Assembly (NCBI GenBank): GCA_017412675.1 | Contig: JAFPWV010000061.1 | Location: 4,197 to 68,196 of the forward strand | Length of the DNA: 64,000 nucleotides | Direction of reading: 5' to 3' | From: Clostridia bacterium | GTDB lineage: Bacteria; Bacillota; Clostridia; Oscillospirales; CAG-272 | Part shown: positions 18,229-27,431 of the stretch, piece by piece | Numbering within the stretch: the first letter of the stretch is position 1 | Layout: every line of letters starts with the position of its first letter | The notes under the pieces: generated by a model | The model's database searches: none | What the model saw: the letters and a program-made list of their open reading frames with translations, nothing else | Told to the model about the DNA's origin: nothing | Program-made: the position numbers and the translations under genes

Positions 18229-19658
18229 TCGGACGCCGCCTCCTCTCCCGTGTCCCCGGCAAGCCGGGCTTCGAGCTCTTCATCGGACAACAGATGGACG
18301 TCGACGGTCCCGACGCGTCCGTTTTCCACGGGTCCGACGGTGATCTCGAGACGGTCGAAGAGGAACGCGTCGTCCTCCTCGGGGATCTTGCCGAAATGCT
18401 CGAGAAGGAGCGCGAGCAGCGGTTTGTCGGCGGAGGCCGGGGCTTCGATGCCGAGACGGCCCGCCAGCTCGCCGAGCGTCATGCGGGTGCTGACGCGGAA
18501 GCGGTTCCCGCCGAGCTTGATGAAGTCGCGGTCCACAACGTCGTCCTCGTCCCAGATCTCGCCGACGAGCTCTTCGAGGAAGTCCTCGATCGTGACGAGC
18601 CCCACGGTCTTCCCCTCCGCGTCGGAGACGATGGCGAGGTAGAACTTGTGCTGGCGCATCTCCGTCAGAAGCTCGTCGATCATGGCGTCCGGGGAGACGT
18701 GGTAGGCCGGGATGAGCAGCGTGCGGATGCCGACCTTCGGATTCTTCCGGTATTCGCGGATGAAGGAGCGGATGTGGATGAGCCCGATGACGTGGTCGAG
18801 GTCCCCCGCGTATACGGGCAGGCGGGAGTGGATCGAGTCGCGCACCCGGGCGAGGATCTCTTCGTTCGGCAGGGATGCGTCGATCGCGACGATGTCCTGC
18901 CGCATGGTCATCACGTCCGCGGCGTGCGTGTCCGAGAAGTCGAGGGCGGACTTGATGAGATCGCCCTGCTCCTCGTCCATGACGCCTTCTTCTTCAATGG
19001 TGTCGATGATGTCGTAAAGCTCCTCCTCGGTGATGGAGGGCTCCTCCTCGCGGTGCACGAAGCGGTCCGCGATCCGCGTGAACACGGACGAGATCAGCCC
19101 GAAGAACGCCGAGAGCGGGGCCAGCAGCTTCATGAGGAAGCGCAGGGATCCCGCGGCAAAGAGCGCTGCCGTTTCGCTGCGGTCGTTCGCAAACGCCTTC
19201 GGGATCATCTCGGAAAAGAGGAAGACCGTGAGCGTCGTGACGACGGTGCAGATAAGGGTCACCCGGTCGGACGCGCCGAAGAGACGGGTCGCGATGACGG
19301 TGGCCACGGAAGCCGCCGCGATGTGGGTGAGGTTGTTGCCGATGAGGAGGGTGGTGAGAGCGCGGTCGAAATTCGAGGCGATGAACACGGCGTTTTTCGC
19401 CCGCCGGTCGCCGTCATCGGCCTTCGCCTTCACGCGGATGCGGTTCATGGCGGAAAACGCGCTCTCCGCGCCGCCGAAATACGCGCCGAGGATCACGAAG
19501 ATCGCAAACAGGATGACGAGTCCGAGGACGCGCGATGGGGGAGGGTCGGCAGATGCCGCGGATGCAAGAGAGGACGGATCGCCGTCCGCCATGGTCAGGA
19601 ATATGCGGGGCAGGCTCATCACCGCCCCGATCGTTCGGTTACAACCGTCTGTGTCCAT
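18225..19658 (-). CDS. CNNM/CorC-type transporter, paralogue (start uncertain)
   Basis: 477 aa with the same architecture. Alternative starts at Met14 or Met23. Confidence 0.75.
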   Translation of the reverse strand: MDTDGCNRTIGAVMSLPRIFLTMADGDPSSLASAASADPPPSRVLGLVILFAIFVILGAYFGGAESAFSAMNRIRVKAKADDGDRRAKNAVFIASNFDRALTTLLIGNNLTHIAAASVATVIATRLFGASDRVTLICTVVTTLTVFLFSEMIPKAFANDRSETAALFAAGSLRFLMKLLAPLSAFFGLISSVFTRIADRFVHREEEPSITEEELYDIIDTIEEEGVMDEEQGDLIKSALDFSDTHAADVMTMRQDIVAIDASLPNEEILARVRDSIHSRLPVYAGDLDHVIGLIHIRSFIREYRKNPKVGIRTLLIPAYHVSPDAMIDELLTEMRQHKFYLAIVSDAEGKTVGLVTIEDFLEELVGEIWDEDDVVDRDFIKLGGNRFRVSTRMTLGELAGRLGIEAPASADKPLLALLLEHFGKIPEEDDAFLFDRLEITVGPVENGRVGTVDVHLLSDEELEARLAGDTGEEAASE

Positions 19659-19751
19659 AAAATGAGGGGAGTCTCCTTTGGTTATAAAATGACAGAATAA
19701 TCATACCATACCGCGCGCGGATTGTCAAGACGGAATCGGGACTTTGTATGC

Positions 19752-20348
19752 TCACGGGTCGTGACGGGGGATTTCGCCGGTCTGACGCATCCGGTCGAGG
19801 ACTTTCATGCAGGCGGCGGTATGGGGATTGCCGTATTTTTCGAGCATTTCCGGGGTGTTCCAGTACCGCTCGATGTCGGCGGCAGAAAGGACGGTCATCC
19901 GCTGCCAGGTGGTCCCGTCGGCGCCGTCGTCTTCAAAATCATAGAAATAAAGCAGCAGGTACGGCGCGCCGTCCGGGTTTCCGGTGATCCTGCCCGCCTC
20001 ATCGAGGACGCTGCCTTCGGGGGCCTTCGCGGGATCGGCGGGCGTCAGGGCATAGGCGAGCTCGTACATGTTCACGCCGTCCCAGAGCCCCGCGGTCCCG
20101 GTGTTCATCTGGGTCATCCCCGTGATCGCGGCCTCCGTCACCGGGCAGCCCGCTTCGGCGAACGCGTCGATCAGGGCCTTCACATAGTCCTTTGCATAGT
20201 CGAGCGCGGCCTCGGGGATGTTCTCCGCGGCGTTCTGCGCGATCCCGACGGGGGTCTCCGTTTTGTCGGTCTTCACGATCCCGAAGCAGCCCGACAGGAG
20301 AACGAGCAGGACGGCGGCAAGCGCAGGGATCCCTCTGTTGTTTTTCAT
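19752..20348 (-). CDS. hypothetical lipoprotein
   Basis: MKNNRGIPALAAVLLVLLSGC lipobox, preceded by GGAGGAAAT. The upstream part of the 358-aa ORF is an Arg/Gly-rich artefact. Confidence 0.6.
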   Translation of the reverse strand: MKNNRGIPALAAVLLVLLSGCFGIVKTDKTETPVGIAQNAAENIPEAALDYAKDYVKALIDAFAEAGCPVTEAAITGMTQMNTGTAGLWDGVNMYELAYALTPADPAKAPEGSVLDEAGRITGNPDGAPYLLLYFYDFEDDGADGTTWQRMTVLSAADIERYWNTPEMLEKYGNPHTAACMKVLDRMRQTGEIPRHDP

Positions 20349-20395
20349 GGATATTTCCTCCTTTTCCGGCTTTCTCCGGATCGAATCGGTTCCCG

Positions 20396-20965
20396 TCATC
20401 CCTGACCGGCGAGGCCCAGCTCGTCGGCGTGGACGCGCATCCCTTCGATGACGATGGCGGCGATGTCCGCGACCTCCATGCCGAGCATGGCGCAGCCCTT
20501 CGCGATCAGCTCCCGGTCGCACTTCGCCGCGAACTTCTTGTCCTTCCACTTCTTCATGAAGCTCTTTACCTCGAGGTCCGTGATCCCGGCGGGTCTCATC
20601 CGGGCGGCGGCCTGCACGATCCCGGTCAGCTCGTCGACGGTGAAGAGGCTCTTCTCCATCGGCGAAAGAGGCTCGACGTCCGAGCAGATCCCCCAGCCGT
20701 GGGACAGGATCGCGCGGATGTCCTCCTCCGGCACGCCGAATGCGCGGAGCTCCTCTTCCGTATGCGCGAGGTGCTCCTCCGGGTATGCCTCGTAGTCGAA
20801 GTCGTGCAGCCAGCCGACCGCCTCCCACCGCTCCCGGTCCTCGCCGAAATGCTCCGCCATCGCGCCCATCGCGGCCGACACGTTCGCGGCGTGCAGAAGC
20901 AGGTGTTCCTCGTGCACCGCCGTCGCGTTGATTCTCTTCGCTTCTTCGAGCGTCAGCTTTTCCAT
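20396..20965 (-). CDS. HD-domain metal-dependent phosphohydrolase
   Basis: 189 aa. The HD motif lies in WLHDFDYE. It is the only plausible coding part of the 947-aa ORF listed in the track. Confidence 0.65.
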   Translation of the reverse strand: MEKLTLEEAKRINATAVHEEHLLLHAANVSAAMGAMAEHFGEDRERWEAVGWLHDFDYEAYPEEHLAHTEEELRAFGVPEEDIRAILSHGWGICSDVEPLSPMEKSLFTVDELTGIVQAAARMRPAGITDLEVKSFMKKWKDKKFAAKCDRELIAKGCAMLGMEVADIAAIVIEGMRVHADELGLAGQG

Positions 20966-20991
20966 CGTATCATTCCTTTCGTGATTGTGAT

Positions 20992-21738
20992 TCAGTCCAT
21001 GATCTTCTCGGGCATCCAGCGGAGATAATCCCCCGAGACGAGGCGGTAGAAAACGCCGTTCTTCATGCCCTCGACGCTGTCGTGGAACCGCGATTCCCCG
21101 TGGCTGTGGGCGTAGATCACCTGCGACGCGCCGTATTCCTCCGCCATCCGGGTAAAGCCGCTCTCGTTCTCGATCACGCTCGTCGGCGGATAGTGCAGGA
21201 ACACGAGGTACTTGCGGTATCCCGCCGCCTTCGCCGCCTCGAAGGAGATCCGGAGGCGTTCCAGCTCGCGGTCCACGAGCTTTACGGCGTGCTCCTCGGC
21301 CTCCTCGTCCCATCCGGCGATGCGGCCCCGGCGGTCGATCCAGAACGGCCCCTCGAACGTGAAGCCCTTCGTCCCGACAAGCGCGAAATCCCGGTACGCG
21401 AAGAAATTGTTCTGCAGAAATTTCAGCCGCCCGCCGAAGCGCTCGTTCAGGCTCCCGGTCTTCTTCGCGTCCCAGAACATGTCGTGGTTCCCGCGCAGAA
21501 GGATCTTCTCCCCCGGCAGCGCCGCGATGAAGTCGAAATCCGGCCGGCATTCGTCCTCGTTTTTCCCCCAGCTGTGATCCCCGACGAGCACCAGCGTGTC
21601 GTCCTCCCGGAGCACCCGGAGGCAGTTCTCCCGAAAGCGCGCCTCGTGGTCCTTCCAGATCCTGCCCGTGCGCTGGCCGGCGGCCTTGAGCTCCGAGCCG
21701 AAATGCAGATGCAGATCGCCGATGGCAAAGAGGGACAT
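20992..21738 (-). CDS. metallophosphoesterase
   Basis: Start MSLFAIGDLHLHFG is preceded by AAAGGAG. Motifs GDH, GNHD and HSHG. Confidence 0.75.
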   Translation of the reverse strand: MSLFAIGDLHLHFGSELKAAGQRTGRIWKDHEARFRENCLRVLREDDTLVLVGDHSWGKNEDECRPDFDFIAALPGEKILLRGNHDMFWDAKKTGSLNERFGGRLKFLQNNFFAYRDFALVGTKGFTFEGPFWIDRRGRIAGWDEEAEEHAVKLVDRELERLRISFEAAKAAGYRKYLVFLHYPPTSVIENESGFTRMAEEYGASQVIYAHSHGESRFHDSVEGMKNGVFYRLVSGDYLRWMPEKIMD

Positions 21739-21867
21739 GGCACGCTCCTTTCCCGGTACCCCGTCCTCCGGGGTCCGGCATGATGCCTCCATTATAGCAC
21801 ACGTTCCGCGGGAATTCAATAGAATAAAAACGAATCGAAACACGAGGCGCAAAAATCGGTCCGGGTG

Positions 21868-21896
21868 TTGACAAATCGCCGCCGATCCTGTATGAT
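21868..21896 (+). promoter_or_regulatory. SigA-type promoter
   Basis: TTGACA, 17 nt, TATGAT. Confidence 0.55.
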
Positions 21897-21928
21897 AGAA
21901 GACAGAATAACAGGGAGGTGAATCCAGC

Positions 21929-23077
21929 ATGAAAAAGACACTCTTGTACGGTCAGGTCGGCGGGTCGCTCGGCGCGTTCATCGGCGGCGTGCACCGCGTC
22001 GGCATCGCGTTCGACGGAAGGGCAAGCCTTGCGGCGGGCTGTTTCAGCCGCAGCGAAGAAGCCAACCGGGAGACCGGCGAATTCTACGGACTCGACCCCG
22101 CCCGCATCTACGGGGACTTTGAGACGATGGCGAAGGCCGAGGGCGCGCGGGAGGACGGGATCGATTTCGTCGTCATCACCACGCCGAACAACGCCCACTA
22201 TGCGGCGGCTAAAGCGTTTCTCGAAAACGGCATCCACGTGCTCTGCGAAAAGCCCCTGTGCTTCACGGTCGCCGAGGCCGAAGAGCTCTGCCGGCTGGCG
22301 GAGGAGCGGGGCCTCCTCTTCGGCGTCAACTACTCCTATTCCGGCAACGTCATGGTGAAGGAGGCGCGCGCGATCATCCGCCGGGGCGACATCGGCGAGA
22401 TCATCAACGTCAACGCGGAGTATCTCCAGGAATATCTCGTCGACGACGTCGGCAAGAGCGGCGACGCGATGCTGAAGCTGTCCTCGTGGCGCAAGGATCC
22501 CGCGGTCGCTGGCATCTCGAACTGCGTCGGCGACATCGGCTCCCACATCGAGCACACGGTCGCCTACATGACCGGCCTGAAGCTGAAACGGGTCGCCGCG
22601 ATGCTCGACCGCTTCGGCCAGCCGCTCGATCTCAACGCGAACATCCTCGTCGAATATGAAAACGGCGCGCACGGCGTCTACAGCTGCTCGCAGGTCTGCG
22701 TCGGCCACATGAACGGCCTCGTCACGCGCATTTACGGCACCGAGGGCGCGATCGAATGGGTGCAGGAGAACCCGAACATCCTCTATGTGACAAAGAAGGG
22801 CCAGCCCACCGAGATCCATCACCGCGGCATGGGCTACGTCAGCGAAGAGGCCGCCGCGTTCAGCCGCCTGCCCTCCGGCCATCCCGAAGGACTGTTCGTG
22901 GCGTTCGCAAACATCTACAAGGCCTTTCTCTCGGCCGTGTTGAAGAAGGCGAACGGCGAGCCCCTCACGGCCGCGGACCTCGATTTCCCGACGGCAAAAG
23001 ACGGTCTCGACGGCGTGCGCTTCGTCCATGCCTGCGTGGAGAGCGGTGCCCGGGACGCCGCATGGGTCGAGGTGTGA
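21929..23077 (+). CDS. Gfo/Idh/MocA family oxidoreductase
   Basis: 382 aa. VVITTPNNAHY and LCEKPL motifs. GGGAGG Shine-Dalgarno sequence. Confidence 0.75.
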   Translation: MKKTLLYGQVGGSLGAFIGGVHRVGIAFDGRASLAAGCFSRSEEANRETGEFYGLDPARIYGDFETMAKAEGAREDGIDFVVITTPNNAHYAAAKAFLENGIHVLCEKPLCFTVAEAEELCRLAEERGLLFGVNYSYSGNVMVKEARAIIRRGDIGEIINVNAEYLQEYLVDDVGKSGDAMLKLSSWRKDPAVAGISNCVGDIGSHIEHTVAYMTGLKLKRVAAMLDRFGQPLDLNANILVEYENGAHGVYSCSQVCVGHMNGLVTRIYGTEGAIEWVQENPNILYVTKKGQPTEIHHRGMGYVSEEAAAFSRLPSGHPEGLFVAFANIYKAFLSAVLKKANGEPLTAADLDFPTAKDGLDGVRFVHACVESGARDAAWVEV

Positions 23078-23097
23078 GCCCTCCCCCTCGAAAAGAT

Positions 23098-23128
23098 CCG
23101 GCGTGTTTTCGGAATGCGCCGGTTTTTT
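23098..23128 (+). terminator. intrinsic terminator
   Basis: Stem CCGGCG/CGCCGG followed by TTTTTT. Confidence 0.6.
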
Positions 23129-23179
23129 CGGCAAAGGCGCGAAAATCCCGCAGTTTTTCAACAAATCTCTCGTAATTGG

Positions 23180-23208
23180 TTGACACCTGTTTACAGTTCT
23201 GATATAAT
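23180..23208 (+). promoter_or_regulatory. SigA-type promoter
   Basis: TTGACA, 17 nt, TATAAT (perfect consensus). Confidence 0.6.
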
Positions 23209-23253
23209 TATATTTAAAGCACCTGACAAACGCTGTCACAGGAGGACGTTCCC

Positions 23254-25005
23254 ATGAAGGAACTCAAGAATTATCCCCTTTACGAAGTCACCCCCGTTCA
23301 TTCCGTCCGCGAGCTTCTGAAGATCGCCGGGGACGAGGCCGCCGACAAGATCGCGTTCCGCTACCGCGTCGACGCCTCCACCATCCGCGACATCACCTAC
23401 CGCGAATTCATCCGCGACGTGCACGCCCTCGGCTCCGCACTGACCGAAAAGGGCCTGATCGACGGTCACATCGCGCAGATCGGCGAAAACAGCTACCGCT
23501 GGATCACCGTCTATCTCGCCGCGCTCGCCGGGGACGGCGTCTATGTCCCGGTCGACAAGGATCTCCCCGAGGCGGACATCCTCAACATCCTGAACCACAG
23601 CGACTCCACCGTTCTCTTCTATTCCGAGACCTACGACGACATCGTAAAGCGGAACGCCGACGGCGCGCTCTCCCGCATCAAGCTCTTCGTGCGCGTGGTC
23701 AACGACGATCTGAAATCGGAGGAGGACTGCCGCGCGGACTACTTCGGCGAGGATCCCCGCTTCGTCTCCTACCGCGACTTCATCGCGCACGGCCATGCGC
23801 TCCTCGACGAGGGCTACGACAAGTACGACGCGCACGTCAGCGGGGAATACGATCTCAAGATGATCGTCTACACCTCCGGCACCACGGGCATGGCGAAGGG
23901 CGTCATGCTCTCCGAGCACAACCTCATCTCCATCGTCTATTACGGCCTGCAGGTCTCGACCGTCTACGAAACCTGCCTCTCCGTCCTCCCCTATCACCAC
24001 ACCTACGAGGCGGTCGCGGGGCTGCTCGTATCCCTGCACCACCACTCGACGATCTGCATCAACGAGAACCTCAGCCTCGTTTTGAAGAACCTCAACACCT
24101 ACAAGCCGGATTACATCTACCTCGTTCCCGCGTTCGCCGAGGTCTTCTACCGCAAGATCTGGCAGACCGCCGAGAAATCGGGCAAGGCCGGCGCGCTCCG
24201 TGGGCTCATCAAGACGAGCAACGGTCTCCGTAAGGTCGGCATCGACATGCGGAAGAAATTCTTCAAGACCATCCATCAGAACTTCGGCGGCAACCTGCGC
24301 AAGATCGTGTGCGGCGGCGCGCCCATCCGTCCCGAGATCGGCGAATTCTTCGACGCGATCGGCATCGACCTCATCAACGGCTACGGCATCACCGAATGCT
24401 CGCCCCTCGTCGCCGCGAACCGCGACTATTTCAACGACTGGAACACCGTCGGCAGCGTCCTGCCCTGCGTCGAGCTCCGCTTTGACGACGTCACGCCCGA
24501 GGGCATCGGCGAGATCTGCGTGAAGGGCGACATCGTCATGCTCGGCTATTACAAGCAGCCCGAGGCGACCGCGCAGGTCCTGACCGAGGACGGCTGGTTC
24601 TCCACCGGCGACTACGGCACGATGAACGAGCGCGGACAGCTCATCATCACGGGCCGCAAGAAGAACATCATCGTCCTCGCAAACGGCAAGAACATCTACC
24701 CCGAGGAGATCGAAAATTACATCCAGAACATCCCGTACGTCAAGGAAGTCGTCGTCTATTCGCTCCGCAACGAGCACGGCGAGGAAGTCAAGCTCTGCGC
24801 CGAGGTCTTCCTCAACGACGAGAAGGTTGAGGAGATGGCGCTCACCGATCCCGCGGCGTCCCTGAAGGACGACATCGCAAAGGCCACCGCCGCCCTGCCC
24901 TCCTACAAGCAGATCGCGAAGATCGTCATCCGCCAGAAGGAATTCGAGAAGACCACCACGAACAAGATCAAGCGCCAGAGCATCACGGGCTCCACGCAGG
25001 CGTGA
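23254..25005 (+). CDS. AMP-dependent synthetase/ligase (long-chain acyl-CoA synthetase-like)
   Basis: 583 aa. AMP-binding signature IVYTSGTTGMAKGV, plus TGD and GRKK motifs. Confidence 0.85.
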   Translation: MKELKNYPLYEVTPVHSVRELLKIAGDEAADKIAFRYRVDASTIRDITYREFIRDVHALGSALTEKGLIDGHIAQIGENSYRWITVYLAALAGDGVYVPVDKDLPEADILNILNHSDSTVLFYSETYDDIVKRNADGALSRIKLFVRVVNDDLKSEEDCRADYFGEDPRFVSYRDFIAHGHALLDEGYDKYDAHVSGEYDLKMIVYTSGTTGMAKGVMLSEHNLISIVYYGLQVSTVYETCLSVLPYHHTYEAVAGLLVSLHHHSTICINENLSLVLKNLNTYKPDYIYLVPAFAEVFYRKIWQTAEKSGKAGALRGLIKTSNGLRKVGIDMRKKFFKTIHQNFGGNLRKIVCGGAPIRPEIGEFFDAIGIDLINGYGITECSPLVAANRDYFNDWNTVGSVLPCVELRFDDVTPEGIGEICVKGDIVMLGYYKQPEATAQVLTEDGWFSTGDYGTMNERGQLIITGRKKNIIVLANGKNIYPEEIENYIQNIPYVKEVVVYSLRNEHGEEVKLCAEVFLNDEKVEEMALTDPAASLKDDIAKATAALPSYKQIAKIVIRQKEFEKTTTNKIKRQSITGSTQA

Positions 25006-25025
25006 CGATCGAAGCCGCATCCCGT

Positions 25026-25065
25026 ACAGAGGCACCCGTTTCCCGCGGGCAGCCTCTGTTTTTTG
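25026..25065 (+). terminator. intrinsic terminator
   Basis: Stem ACAGAGGC/GCCTCTGT followed by TTTTTTG. Confidence 0.7.
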
Positions 25066-25076
25066 TATCCCCCGCC

Positions 25077-25105
25077 CTTGCAAATCCCCGGCGTCTCGTG
25101 TATAA
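25077..25105 (+). promoter_or_regulatory. SigA-type promoter
   Basis: TTGCAA, 17 nt, TATAAT. Confidence 0.55.
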
Positions 25106-25136
25106 TAGCGGCAGAATCACATCACGGGAGGACACC

Positions 25137-26666
25137 ATGGAAAAGACGATCCCCATGCTCGAAGGAGAGTACTGGTACGGCCTGTGCGCCGCGCATGGGA
25201 CCCGCATGCCCTTCGGACCGGCATCCGTTTACGCGCATCACGCGACCGATCCCGAAGCCTATACCGGCAATCAGGAAGCCCCGCTTCTCCTCTCCTCGAA
25301 GGGGCGGTATCTCTGGAGCGATTTCCCCTATGACACCGTCATCCGGGACGGCGTGATCCGCATTACGAACGCAGCGGACGACCTGTTGCTCAGCGACGGG
25401 CACGAAACCCTGCGAGGCGCGTATCTCGCCGCATGCCGGACGCATTTCCCGCCGTCGGGCAAGCTCCCGCCGGAGAATTTCTTCCGGAAGCCGCAGTACA
25501 ACACCTGGGCTGAGCTCATTTACGATCAGGATCAGGCTTCGATCCTCGCATACGCACGCGGCATCCTTGAACACGGCCTGCCCGCCGGGATCCTCATGAT
25601 CGACGACGGTTGGATGTGCGCCTACGGCAGCCGTCTCTTCCGCCCGGACCGCTTCCCCGATCCGGAAGCCATGTTCCGCGAGCTGCACGCGATGGGCTTC
25701 GAGGTCATGCTCTGGGTCTGCCCGTTCATCTCGCCCGATTCGCCCGAATTCCGCACGCTGTCGGCGAAGGACTGCCTCGTGAAGAACCAAGACGGCTCCA
25801 CGGCGATCCGGAACTGGTGGAACGGCTACTCCGCGATCCTCGACCTCTCCCATCCCGACGCGGCCGCCTGGCTCGACGAGACCCTCGGCGCGCTCCTCGC
25901 GATGGGATGCGACGGCTTCAAGTTCGACGCGGGCGACGTGCGCTATTACCGCGACGACGACCGGACATGGGGGAACGTCCCGGCGCACGAGCAATGCCGT
26001 CTCTGGGCAAAGCTCGGGCTGAAATATCTCTACAACGAATACCGCGCCTCGTGGGGGAGCGCTTCCCTGCCCCTCGTCGAGCGTCTCTGCGACAAGGCGC
26101 ACCGCTGGGAATCCGTCCCGCGGCTTCTTCCGGACGCGCTGATCGACGGTCTGCTCGGCTATCCCTTCTGCTGTCCCGACATGATCGGCGGCGGCTCCTT
26201 CACCGATTTCCTCCCCGGCGCGCCGTCCCTCAAGCCAGAGCTCTTCGCGCGCTATGCCGAGGCTGCCGCCCTGATGCCGATGATGCAGTATTCCGCGGCG
26301 CCGTGGCGCGTTCTCGACGCATTCCACGCCGAAGTCTGCCGGAACATGGGACGCCTGCACGCAGCGTACGCCGACCGGATCGTCACCCTGGCCCGGCACG
26401 CCGCCGAAACCGGGGAACCGATCATGCGCATGCTCGCCTACGAATTCCCGGACGAGGGCTATGAGGAGACCTTCGACTGTTTCCTCGTCGGGTCCGATCT
26501 CCTCGTCGCCCCGGTGCTCCGCGACGGCGAACGAGAGCGCACCGTCCGGCTGCCGAAGGGCGGGGGATACTGCTGGCGATACACGGACGGTACCGTCTAT
26601 GAAGGCGGCCGAACCGTCACCGTTCCCGCGCCCGTCGAGGTCCTGCCGCGCTTCGAGCGAGTCTGA
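25137..26666 (+). CDS. glycoside hydrolase, GH31-like (clan GH-D alpha-glycosidase)
   Basis: Start MEKTIPML follows GGGAGG. MIDDGWM, LWVCPFISPDSPEF and GCDGFKFDAGD resemble GH31 (YicI-like) catalytic-barrel motifs. Confidence 0.6.
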   Translation: MEKTIPMLEGEYWYGLCAAHGTRMPFGPASVYAHHATDPEAYTGNQEAPLLLSSKGRYLWSDFPYDTVIRDGVIRITNAADDLLLSDGHETLRGAYLAACRTHFPPSGKLPPENFFRKPQYNTWAELIYDQDQASILAYARGILEHGLPAGILMIDDGWMCAYGSRLFRPDRFPDPEAMFRELHAMGFEVMLWVCPFISPDSPEFRTLSAKDCLVKNQDGSTAIRNWWNGYSAILDLSHPDAAAWLDETLGALLAMGCDGFKFDAGDVRYYRDDDRTWGNVPAHEQCRLWAKLGLKYLYNEYRASWGSASLPLVERLCDKAHRWESVPRLLPDALIDGLLGYPFCCPDMIGGGSFTDFLPGAPSLKPELFARYAEAAALMPMMQYSAAPWRVLDAFHAEVCRNMGRLHAAYADRIVTLARHAAETGEPIMRMLAYEFPDEGYEETFDCFLVGSDLLVAPVLRDGERERTVRLPKGGGYCWRYTDGTVYEGGRTVTVPAPVEVLPRFERV

Positions 26667-26783
26667 AAGGCGCTGGGATTGCGGTGGATTAAAAACGATC
26701 GAAAAAAAACCTCCGGTTCCGGGAACTTTTTCCCGCGCCGCGGCGTCTAACGGGCAGAAAACAAAAACACCGAGAGGCCGACC

Positions 26784-27431
26784 ATGACCGGAAAACAGAA
26801 ATGCGCGATCCTCAAGGAGATCCGCCGCGACATCGCCGCGAAGAACGATATTTCCATCCGCATCGAGGAATGCACCCATAAGGGCGAATGCCGGGGGACC
26901 TGTCCGCGCTGCGAATCCGAGGTGAGGATCCTCGAGCGCGCGCTCGCCGAAAAGAAAAAGCGCGGGATCAAGACCGCGGTGGCCGGGATCTCCGCCGGGC
27001 TCCTCGCCGCCTCCCTCGCCTCCTGCGTCCCCGTTTCGGGCGAGCAGTTCGCGGGCGGCGGTCCCGAGACGGAAGGTCATGAGCTCGCGGGCGACATCGC
27101 GCCGGAGACGCTCGAAGCCGAACGCCTCGAGGGCGAGATCGCGATCGAGGATCCGATCATCGATCCGGACGACGGGACCTGCACGCCGCTCGAAGGAGAC
27201 GTCCTCGCGGATGATTACGAGGACTTCGAGCCGCTGATGGGCGAGCCGCCGGTCACGGATTACGAGGCCGAAGAGGAAGCGGATGTCGAATACGCGGGCG
27301 TACCGATGATCGAGGAGTATGAAGAGGACCTCGTCCCCTTCCACGACGAGTTCACCGACGCCAACGGGGAGCTTGCGGTGGTCGAGGGCATGATGGTCGC
27401 GCCCGACTGGACGGAAGAGGTCGAGCCGTGA
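26784..27431 (+). CDS. Cys-rich single-pass membrane protein with a highly acidic C-terminal region (unknown function)
   Basis: 215 aa. N-terminal C30-x5-C36-x3-C40-x2-C43 (plus C7 and H32). One TM helix (IKTAVAGISAGLLAASLASCV). The tail of ~130 aa is very rich in D/E. Its stop overlaps the downstream GTG start. Confidence 0.6.
   Translation: MTGKQKCAILKEIRRDIAAKNDISIRIEECTHKGECRGTCPRCESEVRILERALAEKKKRGIKTAVAGISAGLLAASLASCVPVSGEQFAGGGPETEGHELAGDIAPETLEAERLEGEIAIEDPIIDPDDGTCTPLEGDVLADDYEDFEPLMGEPPVTDYEAEEEADVEYAGVPMIEEYEEDLVPFHDEFTDANGELAVVEGMMVAPDWTEEVEP

Noticed and set aside
20396-23239. 947-aa minus-strand ORF that would fuse the HD-domain gene to ~750 upstream codons.
   Set aside because: Only the last 189 codons (from MEKLTLEE at 20965) look like a protein. 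The upstream part runs antisense through the metallophosphoesterase-adjacent region and the Gfo/Idh/MocA gene (21929-23077 +), which carries clear motifs and its own promoter and Shine-Dalgarno sequence.
26784-27431. Interpreting the Cys-rich membrane protein as a zinc-binding anti-sigma factor (ZAS, Hx3Cx2C).
   Set aside because: It does contain H32-x3-C36 and a later Cx2C, but the spacing (H-x3-C-x3-C-x2-C) differs from the ZAS motif. No ECF sigma factor gene is adjacent. The gene is instead start-stop-coupled to a radical SAM gene. This reading is kept only as an alternative to be tested.
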